A stretch of 64,000 bases of DNA, from the IMG/VR virus record IMGVR_UViG_3300028384_001500, positions 172,653-236,652 of that record, one strand, 5' to 3'. Below the pieces are notes generated by a model, which did not search any database, was not told the origin of the DNA, and was given only the letters and a program-made list of their open reading frames with translations. Position numbers and translations under genes: made by a program. Each line of letters opens with the position of its first letter. Within the stretch, counting starts at the first letter, position 1. Shown here in pieces: positions 10,325 to 22,200 of the stretch.

Positions 10325-13300
10325 TTAACCACAATGATAAGTACACGCCAGTAGTTTAGACTTGAACCCAAGATTACTATCTACGTCTATCGTTGAAAAG
10401 TCAATTGATTCTGTTGCTTTTGCAACTGTAAAGTTTTTTAAACTATCACTATCTTGCTTCATTCCATGACCTTCCCTATTGCTGCTGCATATATAATCAC
10501 CAACCTCAATATTTCCATTTTCGTCTGTAACAAGTAACATTCCTTCACCGACAGCATTATAACAATGTAGACTGCCGGAAACAAATGAGTTATATTCATC
10601 CCAAAGCCCGGTATAAACTCCTACTACTGCTTTATCTTTTGCAGACGTTGTTGTTTCAAATTCTACCCAAGCGTTAGATATATCGTTTGGCGAGTTTGAT
10701 TTATGGACAACATTGCCGGTCGATTTTACAATACTACCTAGTTTATAATCTAAACTTCCGCTTAACTTTACACCCGGGTGATTTCCCGTGAAAGTTCCGT
10801 ATATGACTTCGCTGTGTATACTACCTACAAGTGTTCCATTCTGAGTAAAAGTAATCCAATAATTAGTCGTACCCATAGACTGATCAGCTGAGTCTATTCT
10901 CATTATTCTTTGGCCTGTTCCCATAATTGTATCGTTAGAGTCAATGTAAAACATTCCAACTTTATCACCTGATCCGTCTGTAGTATTGTATGCACTAGTA
11001 AATCTTGCAAAAGTATTACCGCTATCAGCAATGTATAACTCGTTTCCTCCTGCATCCAACGTAATGTCACCTGATACGTCTAAAGTATAATCACCAGTTA
11101 CAGCAGCTGTCACACCTGAGAGTTGAGGTATATTATATGCAAGTTTAGTTACACCTGCTGATTTAAAAGTTATATCTGCGCCCCCGGCATCCAACGTAAT
11201 GTCACCTGAAACATCTAGTGTAAGATTTCCTGTTGCATCAATTGAATCATTTGTCCCATCAACGTTAAAACCTAGATAATTATTACCTCCATCACCAAAG
11301 TAAATTTGACCGCCATCTGCATCTAAAGTAATATCGCCAGTACAATCTAGTGTAAAATTACCTGCAACATCCATTTCAGGAGTACTATCTAGATTAAATG
11401 TCATCCTAGTTGTGTTATTATTTTTAAGCACAACTTGAGGCACAACGTCTGTTGCATTTAAAATTATACCACTTCCTGTTATTGCGTACGCACCAGTTGT
11501 TTCTATTCCAACCGGGTCGACACCAGAACCTCCGATATTGTATGTGATTCTTGTATTTCCAGAATCTTTAAAATAAATTTGATCACCGCCGGCGTCTAGT
11601 GTAATATCTCCTGACGCGTCAATAATGTATGCGCCAACAACATCAACCTCTACAGCACCGGCGTTTGGAATATTATGTGTTAACTTTGTAATACCGCCTG
11701 ATTTAAAGACAATGTCAGTACCAGCAGCGTCCAATATAATATCTGTAGAAGCGTCTAGCGTCATATCTCCTGTTGAATATATTCCTAATGGGCTTGGAGA
11801 TATAATTCTAGGTGTTGAGTCTAATTCAAATGTTAACTCTGTCACTCCTGACCCATTAAATTTAATTTCATCACTACCTGCGTCAAAAGTTAATCCACCA
11901 CTCCCAGTCAATGCATAATTTCCAACAACATCTACTTCAACTGCACCTAGTTGAGGAATATTGTAAGTTAATTTTGTAGTACCGCTATCTTTAAAATAAA
12001 TCTGATCACCGGCTGCATCTAGCGTAATATCTCCAGAAGAGTCTAGAGTTATACTCCCGTCTGCAGACAAGCTCATATTACCTGATGTGCCATCATTATC
12101 GTAGGTTGACAGTGTTGTACTTCCGTTTGCAGCAACTTGAATTCTAAAATAATCGTTTGAATTGGTGTCGTCATAAATTGACATGGAAGTGTTATCCATG
12201 TCAAAAAGAAAATGATTGGTTCCGCCATCCTTAAAATCTATTTGACCGCCACCCGCATCGATGACGATGTCACCTCCGCAGTCAATAGTAAAGTTACCAT
12301 TAATATCTAATTCAGGTGTTGAATCTAGATTAAATGTAAATCGTGTATTGCCTTGACCGTCATCCATAGTTATCTGATCACCGTCTGCTGATAGAGCAAT
12401 ATCCCCGGAAGCATCTAAAGTGATATCACCAGTTGCATTTAAATCAATATATCCATCAATGTTTGCAATTAATCGAGCATTTGATGCAGCATTATCTACT
12501 GTCGTTAAAGTAACACCGCCGTTAGGTACAACCTGGATGTCAAAATAATCACCGGTGTCTGCATCGTCTCTCATTCTAAATCGACCGTTGTCTAAGTCAA
12601 AATTAAAAATTGTGTTATTACTATTATCAACAAAGTTTATGTCACCTGTTAAACTATCAAGTGTAATAGAACCATCGACTTCAAAAGTCAAGTCGCCACT
12701 GGTTCCGTCATTGTCATTTGTTGATATTGTACTGGCACCATTTGTGTCCACTTTAAATTTTAAATAGTCACTGCTAGTTACATCATCATAGATTGTTAGT
12801 TCTGTATTGTCCATGTCAAAAAGAAAGTGTGTAGAAGTACTATCTTTTATTGTTAAAGAACCTCCATCTGCGTTAAGAACCATTGTTCCTGATCCGTCAA
12901 TAGTAAAGTTACCTGTGACGTCTATTGTTGGAGTTGCATCTAAATTAAATCTAAATCTTTCATTGCCGGCGGCTTTAAAATAAATTTGATCCCCGTCAGC
13001 ATCTAGTATAATATCCCCTGCCACGTCAAGGGTTAACTGACCTGAAGCAACATCAATTTCAGCGTCGTCTGTAAAGTTAATATTCCCTTCAAGGTGCAAA
13101 TCTTGCCATGCAGCCGTTGTAGATCCTAAGTCATAGGTGTCGTCTGCACCAGGCAATATCCTACCTGTCACAGTTAAGTCGCTACCGTCAAACGTCAAAT
13201 TTGTTTCGGCATTCATCCCATCGGTACCAGTTGCAGTTACAATTCTGTTATTTGCACCATTACTCATGAAATCAGAGACGTCGACAGCAAATTGCATATC

Positions 13301-13936
13301 GTAAGGATCAGCATCTGTACCGTCTGAAGTGTCTGTCCAGTTAATCTCAATGCCAGTTCCTTCTCTAAATTTTACTTCTTTATTCTCTGTAATTGTTACT
13401 TCTGTACCAGCTCCGTCTTCTAAAACAAATCCTGAACCCATTGTATTTTCTGTTACAAAACCACTGTCATTGTTAAAACCTGATAAATTAATGCTCCCTT
13501 TAGTCAACTTTTTATGAACGTTGCTGTTATTGACTACAACAAAATGATCTCCATCACCATCAGTTGTTGATGTTGGTATTTCTGAAAGATCTAGCTGTAT
13601 ATATGGTGTTGATGTTGGTGTAGTAATATCCAACCCAGTCCCAACAGATACTTCTGTTACTGTTCCGACTGCCTCACCAGAAGATGCATCGATTGTAATT
13701 TGTCCATTAGAAGCAGATGTAATTGTTATGTTGTCACCGGCAACTAAATAAGACTTACCTTGGCGTGTGTGGTGTATTGAACCGCTTATAGTTGATGCGA
13801 ATTCGTCACTAGACAAACCTACTTGTAGTGTATTTGGAAAGATTACTTTATTAATATTACCTGCAGAATTAATCTCTTTAAACGATTGCGTTTTTTTAAT
13901 ATCGTCGACACTTTTCTTGCTAGTGTTTTTACCCAT
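10325..13936 (-). CDS. Long tail fibre/spike with a repetitive beta shaft and a probable C-terminal intramolecular chaperone
   Basis: 1203 aa, D/G/T-rich; about 12 GDITLDAxGxxIxF repeats; C-terminus GTFTGNH...ENGNIEVGDYICSS...ACTYHCG resembles autocleaving chaperone domains of phage fibres. Confidence 0.75.
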   Translation of the reverse strand: MGKNTSKKSVDDIKKTQSFKEINSAGNINKVIFPNTLQVGLSSDEFASTISGSIHHTRQGKSYLVAGDNITITSASNGQITIDASSGEAVGTVTEVSVGTGLDITTPTSTPYIQLDLSEIPTSTTDGDGDHFVVVNNSNVHKKLTKGSINLSGFNNDSGFVTENTMGSGFVLEDGAGTEVTITENKEVKFREGTGIEINWTDTSDGTDADPYDMQFAVDVSDFMSNGANNRIVTATGTDGMNAETNLTFDGSDLTVTGRILPGADDTYDLGSTTAAWQDLHLEGNINFTDDAEIDVASGQLTLDVAGDIILDADGDQIYFKAAGNERFRFNLDATPTIDVTGNFTIDGSGTMVLNADGGSLTIKDSTSTHFLFDMDNTELTIYDDVTSSDYLKFKVDTNGASTISTNDNDGTSGDLTFEVDGSITLDSLTGDINFVDNSNNTIFNFDLDNGRFRMRDDADTGDYFDIQVVPNGGVTLTTVDNAASNARLIANIDGYIDLNATGDITLDASGDIALSADGDQITMDDGQGNTRFTFNLDSTPELDINGNFTIDCGGDIVIDAGGGQIDFKDGGTNHFLFDMDNTSMSIYDDTNSNDYFRIQVAANGSTTLSTYDNDGTSGNMSLSADGSITLDSSGDITLDAAGDQIYFKDSGTTKLTYNIPQLGAVEVDVVGNYALTGSGGLTFDAGSDEIKFNGSGVTELTFELDSTPRIISPSPLGIYSTGDMTLDASTDIILDAAGTDIVFKSGGITKLTHNIPNAGAVEVDVVGAYIIDASGDITLDAGGDQIYFKDSGNTRITYNIGGSGVDPVGIETTGAYAITGSGIILNATDVVPQVVLKNNNTTRMTFNLDSTPEMDVAGNFTLDCTGDITLDADGGQIYFGDGGNNYLGFNVDGTNDSIDATGNLTLDVSGDITLDAGGADITFKSAGVTKLAYNIPQLSGVTAAVTGDYTLDVSGDITLDAGGNELYIADSGNTFARFTSAYNTTDGSGDKVGMFYIDSNDTIMGTGQRIMRIDSADQSMGTTNYWITFTQNGTLVGSIHSEVIYGTFTGNHPGVKLSGSLDYKLGSIVKSTGNVVHKSNSPNDISNAWVEFETTTSAKDKAVVGVYTGLWDEYNSFVSGSLHCYNAVGEGMLLVTDENGNIEVGDYICSSNREGHGMKQDSDSLKNFTVAKATESIDFSTIDVDSNLGFKSKLLACTYHCG
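11030..13020 (-). repeat. Intragenic repeat array of the tail fibre
   Basis: About 12 copies of G-D-I-T-L-D-A-x-G-x-x-I-x-F; exact 23-nt duplicate gcatccaacgtaatgtcacctga at 11052-11074 and 11187-11209; HFLFDMDNT occurs twice. Confidence 0.85.
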
Positions 13937-16900
13937 TATACAACCTCGACAGTTTCTGTTCCATACGTTCTGTTTCTTGCAGTATTATCATCAAAGAAAG
14001 GCAAAGAAGACGTTGCAAATAAGCTTAAATTAGAGCTTTGAAATAACTCCTCCGAGGTGCCGTCAATATCGCCTGCTTTAATTAAACTAAACTTTCTAAA
14101 GTTTAAATTTTCTTCATCGTAATCATCTTCAACAAATTTAATTCTTACAGCAGCTTCTGTAATAGTTTGGTTGCCCCTTTCAATTACTCTTTTAAATTTA
14201 CCATCTAAACCTTGACGTAGATTATCAATGTAAAAACCGTAGTGTTTTTTATTAAAATAATACTTTGGTCTACCACCTAAATTTTTAATTCCGGTGCCAG
14301 GTAGCATTAAAGTTGTTGCTAAAGTTTGAGCCACACCATAAGCGTTTAGATTACCACTTCCGTTATCTGTTAAATTTTTCTGGAATTTTGTATCAGCATC
14401 GCTAAACTGCCTATCCGGATCCACAAAACTTTCAAATCTATTAATTTGTGGTAAAAGTAAGTTTTTTCCAAAGTCATTATTAAATCGACTAGTTAATGTT
14501 GAATTTGTAGTAAACTGTGTAATACTTAATACATTACCTGGGTATATAAAAGCAGGTATTGGTAAAGCGTCACTATAGGGCTTAGCTTTGATTCTTTGTA
14601 TTGGGTTTATTCCTATAACATAATTAGCATGAGTAGTATTTAATAGGTTATCATCAAAAAAAGCTATATTTCTACCTATAACATAAGATACATTATTGTC
14701 AGTATCAAGTGTAGAAAAAGAAAATTGATCAGAAAAACTACCAGTTAACTCACCCCTTGTTTCAATCTGCCACTGATCGATCACCGGTTCACTTCCAATA
14801 ACCTCATGCACTACATTTGATGTAAGGTTTTGATTCAGACCTTCGTGGAATTCTTTACCGTCTTTTACTTGCGAACCAAACAATTCTATATTTGTTATTC
14901 CTTTTAAAGTCATACTAAATTCATCAAACTCATCGTCACCCGAACCAATCCCGGCATCGGATTTCCTAGGTAGCGGATATTGCCAGCCAATAATTAATTC
15001 ATCTTCAGGAAATATTAAATAAGGTGAAGTTCGATCAAAAGAATTTAAACCTGCTATTTTTAAAGTTTTTGTCAACTCTGTTGTCAATCCGTCTGCTATA
15101 TTAATTTCTTTTGTTTCTAATAATGTCAAATTAGGATTAAATGCTGAACTAATATTTCTACTCAAACTATTAACTGTTATTGGTGTTCTTCCTCCTGCAG
15201 AATCTAATATTACCGTGTAATCTGTTCCACTTTTACCTATGTCAAATGTAGAAAAAACATCTTGGGATATAATGGGGCTTCGACATGGAAATTCCATGGT
15301 TAGTTGATTTATTTCTAAATTATTAGTGCTTGACGTTATTGTTAAAAGTTTAGCGTCCCTTGTTAATGCGTTAATAATATTTGACCCAAAAGGAGCATCG
15401 ATAAATGTGTAATTAGTACTATCATTAAAAACATTAATAAATGCACCCGGTTCTTCACTACCAGAGCGATAAACAGTAAACTGTCCGTAAGAAATTAGCT
15501 CTCTATTTGTTAAGACATTATCATTAAACGTATCTGGCGTACCTGAGTCTCTGTCAACAATATACCTATTACTAGGTATAGACAAATTTGATTTATAATT
15601 CTGAACTGTTGCCGATCCTACTTGATTAATGTATTGAACATTATTAGTAAATTCAACGCTATCTTTAAAGTTTCTTAACATGAAAAAAGTTGGAATATAT
15701 ATTTCTGTATTTTCTATATTAAATATTCCGTAATTTGATCCAGACCATTTTACTCCTTCCAGAGAGTAGTACTGTGAAGATGGAGATCCGTCTTCAATAT
15801 CAGAGAATTGCATTGATGCGTCAAACGATACTTTAATTTTTTCAAGCAAAAACGGCTTTGTAATTCCTATTTCTTTTGCTTTGATTGTTTGCCCTGATCC
15901 TGTTTGTGGTGCAAATTTAACATGTGAAGGAAAACCAAAAGTGTTTGTAGGCCTAACTCCTGAAGCAACAAAAAAGTCGCCATTGTAAGTAAAATCAGGA
16001 TATCTTATCGGTGTACTTAAAGATGTTGTTTGTGATTCGCCTATTAAGTTAAGTGATCCAAAACCTATAGAAGAGGACTCAATTAAATCAGTTAAATCTT
16101 GATCGTATCTTCTGAATCCTTGTAAAGCCCCATATTCCCATTTATTTTCTGTAAAATTATAGTAACACATCATATTTTGATAAGAAAAATTATTGTTTAT
16201 TGGGGGTGGGTAGATTAAACCAATTTGTGTTTCTTCGCTAGCAGATAACGTAAGTTTAAATTTGGTCTTGCTTAATAAACTACTGTTAAACCCAGGTAAA
16301 GTATCTTCTTTTGTTCCGACTGTATAAAAACCGTCATTTCTAAAATCTGTTACGCTTTCTTCATTAAACGGTGACGCTGTTTGATCGCTAAAAGAAAGGA
16401 TTTTACTATCTGATATATTTGATATAGATGATCCTGACGAAACTAAACTTCCAATATAGTTGGGTGTGGCGATTGATTGTGTCAAATGATAGTTTGTTGC
16501 GTGATCATTCACCCCCAAGTGAGGATAAGTAACTTGCTCTTCCCTAGAAATAATATTAACATGACCAATAGCCCAAACTGCGATATTGTCATCACTAATA
16601 GATGACTGGATAAAACGTAAATAAAACGGCTCTCTTAAGCCGGCTTTTGAAAAGTCCTGTATGTCTAATTTAATATTTAACACTGGCTTTTTTTGTTGCC
16701 CAGAAGTATTTTGTTGTTCGCCTGTTATCCCGTTAAAAAAAGTAAATATAGGTGTCGGTTGAAGCACACCCGAGTCTAAGTTAATATAATCACTATAAGT
16801 CGTCCCTAGATTATTAGCTGTAATATCAATATCATAATCCCAGTTAGTCCCGTCAATACTTGCCTGTATTTTAAAAGTATCAGTAATCTGACCTTGTCCT

Positions 16901-18174
16901 AAATTAAGTTTAAAATTTGCCAATGCGCCTGTGTTATTATATGGTCCTTGAAGCAGTGAAAATACTAATGTAGGATTTGCTATCTTATTTTTTGTTTTTA
17001 ACCACCTACCGTCAGAGTCACCAGCTCCCCCTAAAACAACAGCACCTGTTGTCAACTCTAAATCAGATGCTGGGTCAAATTCTTTCTTAACTAGTACATC
17101 TGAAGTCGACACTTCCCACAAGCTTGAATTAACTTGGCGAGAAAAAACATTATCTTCTTCAATAGTAAAGTCGTCCTTAATTGCGTTCCCAAATTTAATC
17201 GTCTTAGTATCGTCAAAGACAATATTAGATAATATACCAGTATTATCTTTTCTATTCATTCTGTGAACTGTGGGGTACGCTCCTGTTTTATTATCTAGGT
17301 CCTTAATAATAGTTCGAACTGGGTTATTAATTCTTCCTGATTTTATGACTGTTAACTGGACTTTATCTTTTGTACCTAAGTATATTGACTGGATTTCATT
17401 TGCTGTCAACTCTTTTGAAAATACAGAAAACTCTGCCATATATCCGTCAGCTTCTGCATTTCCATCCTTATCAGCGCCTATAAAAAACTTATCAGAAACA
17501 GATTCTAAAGATGTGTAAGATCCTGCTCCTGATCTAGCAGGTGAAGAAAGTTCAACACCATTAACATAGACAGTCATTCCATTTCTGCCGCTTGAACCAT
17601 CGTATGTAAAAGCGTAATGATCCCATTCGTCATTAATGTCGTCAATATTAAAAGATACTGCACAGTCTGGGTGGTATGCTGAATACGTTTCAGTACCTCC
17701 AGAAGAAGCATCTGTCAATTGAAATTCAATGTACCCGCTTGAGCTTATTTTTCCTCGATACTCACTTTTAGCAGCTGTGTCATCGCCTTTTTCAAAAAAT
17801 ACTTCTTGGGTTGCTGACTCATATGTGCTATCTCTATTATACCAAAAACTTATACTAAACGGGCTATCATTTGAACCGTCTCCAAAAGAAGTAGGGTTTG
17901 TTGTACTATTATATGATATCAATGCGTTTAAGTTTTCGCTATCATCAAATCTTGCAACATTATATTGTATACTTCCTATTGTTTGGAGTTCTGATGTGAC
18001 GGATCCTTCGTATTCTATAGTACTTATATCTGAGGAATAAACTGATCGATCGCTAGGAGATTCTGCAAAGTCCACCCAAAGCTTAAGATAACTTCTTAAA
18101 TCATACTCGTACCCGCTGATGGTGTACGCTCCTAAAAGATCATATTTTGATGTCATCGTCTTCTTAACTGGCAT
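13936..18174 (-). CDS. Large tail/baseplate protein with an N-terminal LamG/ConA-like domain
   Basis: FSISFW...WDHYAFTYDG...MTVYVNG...FFIG...GYMAEFSVFSKELTANEIQSIY is the LamG-like jelly-roll pattern; TAATG-coupled to both neighbours. Confidence 0.7.
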   Translation of the reverse strand: MPVKKTMTSKYDLLGAYTISGYEYDLRSYLKLWVDFAESPSDRSVYSSDISTIEYEGSVTSELQTIGSIQYNVARFDDSENLNALISYNSTTNPTSFGDGSNDSPFSISFWYNRDSTYESATQEVFFEKGDDTAAKSEYRGKISSSGYIEFQLTDASSGGTETYSAYHPDCAVSFNIDDINDEWDHYAFTYDGSSGRNGMTVYVNGVELSSPARSGAGSYTSLESVSDKFFIGADKDGNAEADGYMAEFSVFSKELTANEIQSIYLGTKDKVQLTVIKSGRINNPVRTIIKDLDNKTGAYPTVHRMNRKDNTGILSNIVFDDTKTIKFGNAIKDDFTIEEDNVFSRQVNSSLWEVSTSDVLVKKEFDPASDLELTTGAVVLGGAGDSDGRWLKTKNKIANPTLVFSLLQGPYNNTGALANFKLNLGQGQITDTFKIQASIDGTNWDYDIDITANNLGTTYSDYINLDSGVLQPTPIFTFFNGITGEQQNTSGQQKKPVLNIKLDIQDFSKAGLREPFYLRFIQSSISDDNIAVWAIGHVNIISREEQVTYPHLGVNDHATNYHLTQSIATPNYIGSLVSSGSSISNISDSKILSFSDQTASPFNEESVTDFRNDGFYTVGTKEDTLPGFNSSLLSKTKFKLTLSASEETQIGLIYPPPINNNFSYQNMMCYYNFTENKWEYGALQGFRRYDQDLTDLIESSSIGFGSLNLIGESQTTSLSTPIRYPDFTYNGDFFVASGVRPTNTFGFPSHVKFAPQTGSGQTIKAKEIGITKPFLLEKIKVSFDASMQFSDIEDGSPSSQYYSLEGVKWSGSNYGIFNIENTEIYIPTFFMLRNFKDSVEFTNNVQYINQVGSATVQNYKSNLSIPSNRYIVDRDSGTPDTFNDNVLTNRELISYGQFTVYRSGSEEPGAFINVFNDSTNYTFIDAPFGSNIINALTRDAKLLTITSSTNNLEINQLTMEFPCRSPIISQDVFSTFDIGKSGTDYTVILDSAGGRTPITVNSLSRNISSAFNPNLTLLETKEINIADGLTTELTKTLKIAGLNSFDRTSPYLIFPEDELIIGWQYPLPRKSDAGIGSGDDEFDEFSMTLKGITNIELFGSQVKDGKEFHEGLNQNLTSNVVHEVIGSEPVIDQWQIETRGELTGSFSDQFSFSTLDTDNNVSYVIGRNIAFFDDNLLNTTHANYVIGINPIQRIKAKPYSDALPIPAFIYPGNVLSITQFTTNSTLTSRFNNDFGKNLLLPQINRFESFVDPDRQFSDADTKFQKNLTDNGSGNLNAYGVAQTLATTLMLPGTGIKNLGGRPKYYFNKKHYGFYIDNLRQGLDGKFKRVIERGNQTITEAAVRIKFVEDDYDEENLNFRKFSLIKAGDIDGTSEELFQSSNLSLFATSSLPFFDDNTARNRTYGTETVEVV

Positions 18175-19280
18175 TACTTTTTTAAACCTCCAAATGCAAT
18201 AGAGTCTGTACCTAATGCATTACTTTCACCAAATATTAATCCGTTTGTTGCAGATTTAAATCTTGTACCAACTTCGCTTATTCTATTTCTAGAACTAGAT
18301 AAAAAATTTGTTATTAAATTATTCTGAAATGAATAGCTTCCTGATAAATAGTCTTGTGAATCATCAAACGGCGACAATAAATATTGACTGTCTAAGTCAA
18401 CAAAACCTGGAAGAGCAAATTTATACCCCGATGATCCAGTAACGCCGACCCTAGGAAATTCATGACCACCAAACTCAACTTCTTGTGAGTCTAAAAAAAC
18501 TTCATTAGACACTTTATCGACTTCAAATTTGTTAGAAATTGTAATTCCACCTTTTTTATTGGCTTCAATTCCGCCTCCTTGATAACTTCCACGACATCCG
18601 TAGACTCCAATGTCAGAAATTGCTGTGTTTGTTAAAGATGCACGAACTTCAAACACATCAATTGCGCCGTCGCTGGCGGGAGAAGAAGGGTCAGAATAAT
18701 GCTCTAGATTCCTAATATCGTCATGAACAAAAGGATAGGCAAAAACAGAGGATTTACCCATTAAATCTTTTGGAATTAACTTTCCAAAGTCTGCAAACGG
18801 TATAAACTCAAAGCTTTCATTGACTGTTTTGTAATTTTCTCCCATCCCAAAATTATTAAAAGACGCGTAATGATTAATTCTATCCCCAAAAGATTCCTCA
18901 AAAAAACCTTCCGGAGAAATTCTGATCATAGGTCTTACGTTTGTTGCACCACCAAAATGAATAAAATCCTTGATATTTTTACCAGATCTAAATCCATTAA
19001 AAACTGCGTTGTTGATTTCATCTTCAGTTGCGTCGCCATTTCCAAAAAGAGTTACACTATTAAATCTTACACCACCAACTAGATCTGTTGTTTCGTATTC
19101 TTTGGGTTCTAAAAGAGACTTAGATAAAAAAGTCCCAATTCTTCTAGTTGCGTCTGTGATAGCGACTGACGGTATACTTGAAGTTATGTAGCCTCTCTGA
19201 CTTAAGCTGCCCGTCATGTATTCTAGCATTTTTCTAGGAGCTGAACCTCCTTGATCAATAAAAGTGTTTGATATTGCCAT
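18174..19280 (-). CDS. Hypothetical virion protein
   Basis: 368 aa ORF in the structural operon; ends GTDSIAFGGLKK. Confidence 0.5.
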   Translation of the reverse strand: MAISNTFIDQGGSAPRKMLEYMTGSLSQRGYITSSIPSVAITDATRRIGTFLSKSLLEPKEYETTDLVGGVRFNSVTLFGNGDATEDEINNAVFNGFRSGKNIKDFIHFGGATNVRPMIRISPEGFFEESFGDRINHYASFNNFGMGENYKTVNESFEFIPFADFGKLIPKDLMGKSSVFAYPFVHDDIRNLEHYSDPSSPASDGAIDVFEVRASLTNTAISDIGVYGCRGSYQGGGIEANKKGGITISNKFEVDKVSNEVFLDSQEVEFGGHEFPRVGVTGSSGYKFALPGFVDLDSQYLLSPFDDSQDYLSGSYSFQNNLITNFLSSSRNRISEVGTRFKSATNGLIFGESNALGTDSIAFGGLKK

Positions 19281-19289
19281 TTTATTTTC

Positions 19290-22200
19290 CTAGTATTTTT
19301 TTCCTCTACCTACAAACTGAGATAAAAATATGTTTCCTCTGCTTCCGTCTCTTTGATTTGCTTTCATGTATATTTCGTCATATAAGTATTTAAATCTATT
19401 TCTTTCTAAGATATGAGATTCATATATAAAGTTTATTCCTAGAAAATTTGTTGTTCTTGGAACTAAAGAAAAAACAACGTCTGTAAAAGAATTGTCAATC
19501 CACTTAAAAAGATCTCTATACTTTTGCAAGTCCATGACTTCTATAACATTATTAAAATATACCTCTCTTAAATGTCTTAAATCTCCGTAAGATTCACCAA
19601 ACAAAATGTTTGGGCTTCCTAAAGCGTCGTCGAGTGCACTAAAGTCATTAAACATTTTTAAAGCGTTTGCATTAAAACCTTTCATCACAGACATGTCTAG
19701 CGAAAGCCTATTGTCGTCAACTGATTCTTCTGAAGGTAATACTTCGTGGACAGGTGCTATTGTTGAAAAATAACCTTGCTCCAAATTGCTAGCATCTTGA
19801 AAAGACCTTACACGAACCTTGTCACGAGAGTAGTTTAAGTCAAAATTATCACTAAGAGATTCAAAATCAACGCGTACATTTTTCATAACATTCTGAGACG
19901 TAGGAAAATTGCTCCCTTCAAGATGTAATTCATTTTGTGAAAAATCAAAGAGTCTAATATTGCCGTTTGAGTCTGATTCTTGTGTTGCTTGTTTTGCGTC
20001 TGTTCTTAAAATAACTCTTTCAAAAGAACCGGTTATTTCATCAACAAAACTATGATTAACAGATGGATTTTTAACGCCATAACTATCGTAGTTTTTAGCC
20101 CTATTAAGATACTCCTCGTAAGTTGTATTTTTAGAGAAAAATCTAGCATTTGCCAACATACCACTAAAATTAGTAATTTTTGCATCATCTGGTACATTTG
20201 ATGTATTTCCGTTTAAGAAAGTATTAGCAGCGCCACCTTGAAAAGATTGACTTCCTATAACAATAAAACTTCCAGAAGCATTAAATGTACTATTTTGCAC
20301 TGAGAAAAAGTCACCTGCAATATTGTCATAATGGACAAATGAAGATGTGGCATAATTTTCGACCAGATCTCCGTTAACTTGTTTTGCTGCCCTTAAAAAC
20401 AACTCATATTTTCTATAAGCACCCTCAATTTCATACCCAGCTTTTCTTCCAAAAGAAACATACCAGGTATCACGATCGTAAATGTTTAATCCTGTTAAAT
20501 AAAGCCTAGTAGTTTCCATTCCACTAAGTGGTTGTTCTCTTAAATACAAAGAAACGTTTGTGTCATCAGCAACTAAATTTGATAAGACTGCTTCTTTATT
20601 TGTAGGTAATGTACTACCTGTTATGTGCATTCTTACCAAGCTTTGTTTTTCGTCTCTATATCCATCTTCAAATCTATAAAGCGCTTCATATGTAAAACTG
20701 CCGGATGTAAAAAGTCCGTCAGAAGCATCGTTGCTAATTCCATGAGGTTTATATAGGCTTTTTTGAACAAACGTACCAGCAGCCGGTGGTGATCCCGCTT
20801 GAATTCTCGATCCGGATAAAAAACCAGACTTAAGTCTAGGTATGGCACTATCTGTCGGGTACCCTTGCGCGTCTACCCCTGTTGTTGTTTTACCGTAAGA
20901 GCTAGAAAAATTTAAAAATCGATAAACATCTTTTTTTAGAATTCTTGACGCGTCTAATGATTTTTGCTTTGACCCACCATACTCTCTAAAGGTCAGTATA
21001 TTGTCTGGTTCAATCCCAGCGTTTCGAAATGCACTTTTAATCGATCTAACAGTACCTTTGTGAAGCTTCATTTTGGGTGCTTCTGAAAGTATTCTTCTCC
21101 AAATAAGATTCTGTATTTCATTTAAGGATCGTGCTGATTTTGCTTTAGAATCTGCTAAGTCAATGCCTAGAAGTAATTGACTTATATCACCCGTAGAAAA
21201 CATGTAAGGTAATGTTGTATTTGTTATTTTTGCTTTTTCTTTAAGAAAAACGTCAGGTGTCGTATCATATTCGTCATACTCAGTTGCCTGATATGAAGTA
21301 ATTCCATCAATCATTAATTTGAGCTCATCAAAGAATTTTGCATATGTTAAAAGCAATTTAATTAGCATTTGAGAGTCAGGTAGATCACTTACACCCGACC
21401 CGGGACTATTTTTACTTAAAGCATTAAACCCAGTGCCAAGCTTATCAAATTCCTCGCTAAATTCTCTAAAATTAGTACCTTCTTGAAAATAGTGCTTTGG
21501 TATTAAATTAGTAATTAAGTTAGGATTGTACTCATCATAAAGTGAAGCAGTTGTCAAAAGATCAGTATTTAAGTCAATTGATGGTTGAAATGTTGGAAAA
21601 AGAACTGGGTTTCTATTAATATTTTCTGACAATACCGGTACATCAGATGATGTAAGCCGATTGCTGACTTCGAAGTTAACAATTCTTTCATGTAAAGAAT
21701 TGCCAGATGAATCCAACACTATGTCATTACCTCCATAACTTCCATAGGGTTCATTGAATCTATAGTAAAGCTTTAAAGTTGGGTCGCCCTCATGCGGGTA
21801 ATAACTTCTATACTTTCTTTTTTTAATTGTTTTTATAGTGTCAACAGAGTGAAAATATCTAAAATCATCAATCGAACCAGATAGTGTCTCTTGTGGTGTA
21901 AAAACTAAACCGTTCATTCTCGCTGCAACGCCTGTTCCAATTTTAAAGTCTGAAGCTTCATAGTTTAAAGTATTGAATAGTTTTGCATTACTTGATGATA
22001 GCACTGTGTCGTTTATTAAAAGCTTTGCCCTTTGATCACCTAGCCGGTCGTAAAAAGCAGTTACATGATTAAACTCATTTTTTGACAATGCTCCGGTTAC
22101 AAATAAGTAGTTTGACCCAGATGAAATTCCAAAATTAATATTGCATTCTGATGTATCAGAAGATGCTGATATTGCTAACGTAAAGTTATTTGAAAGGCTG

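Noticed and set aside
11052-11209. Possible diversity-generating retroelement in the tail fibre
   Set aside because: Short in-frame duplications with no adenine-specific mismatch pattern, and no reverse transcriptase in the window
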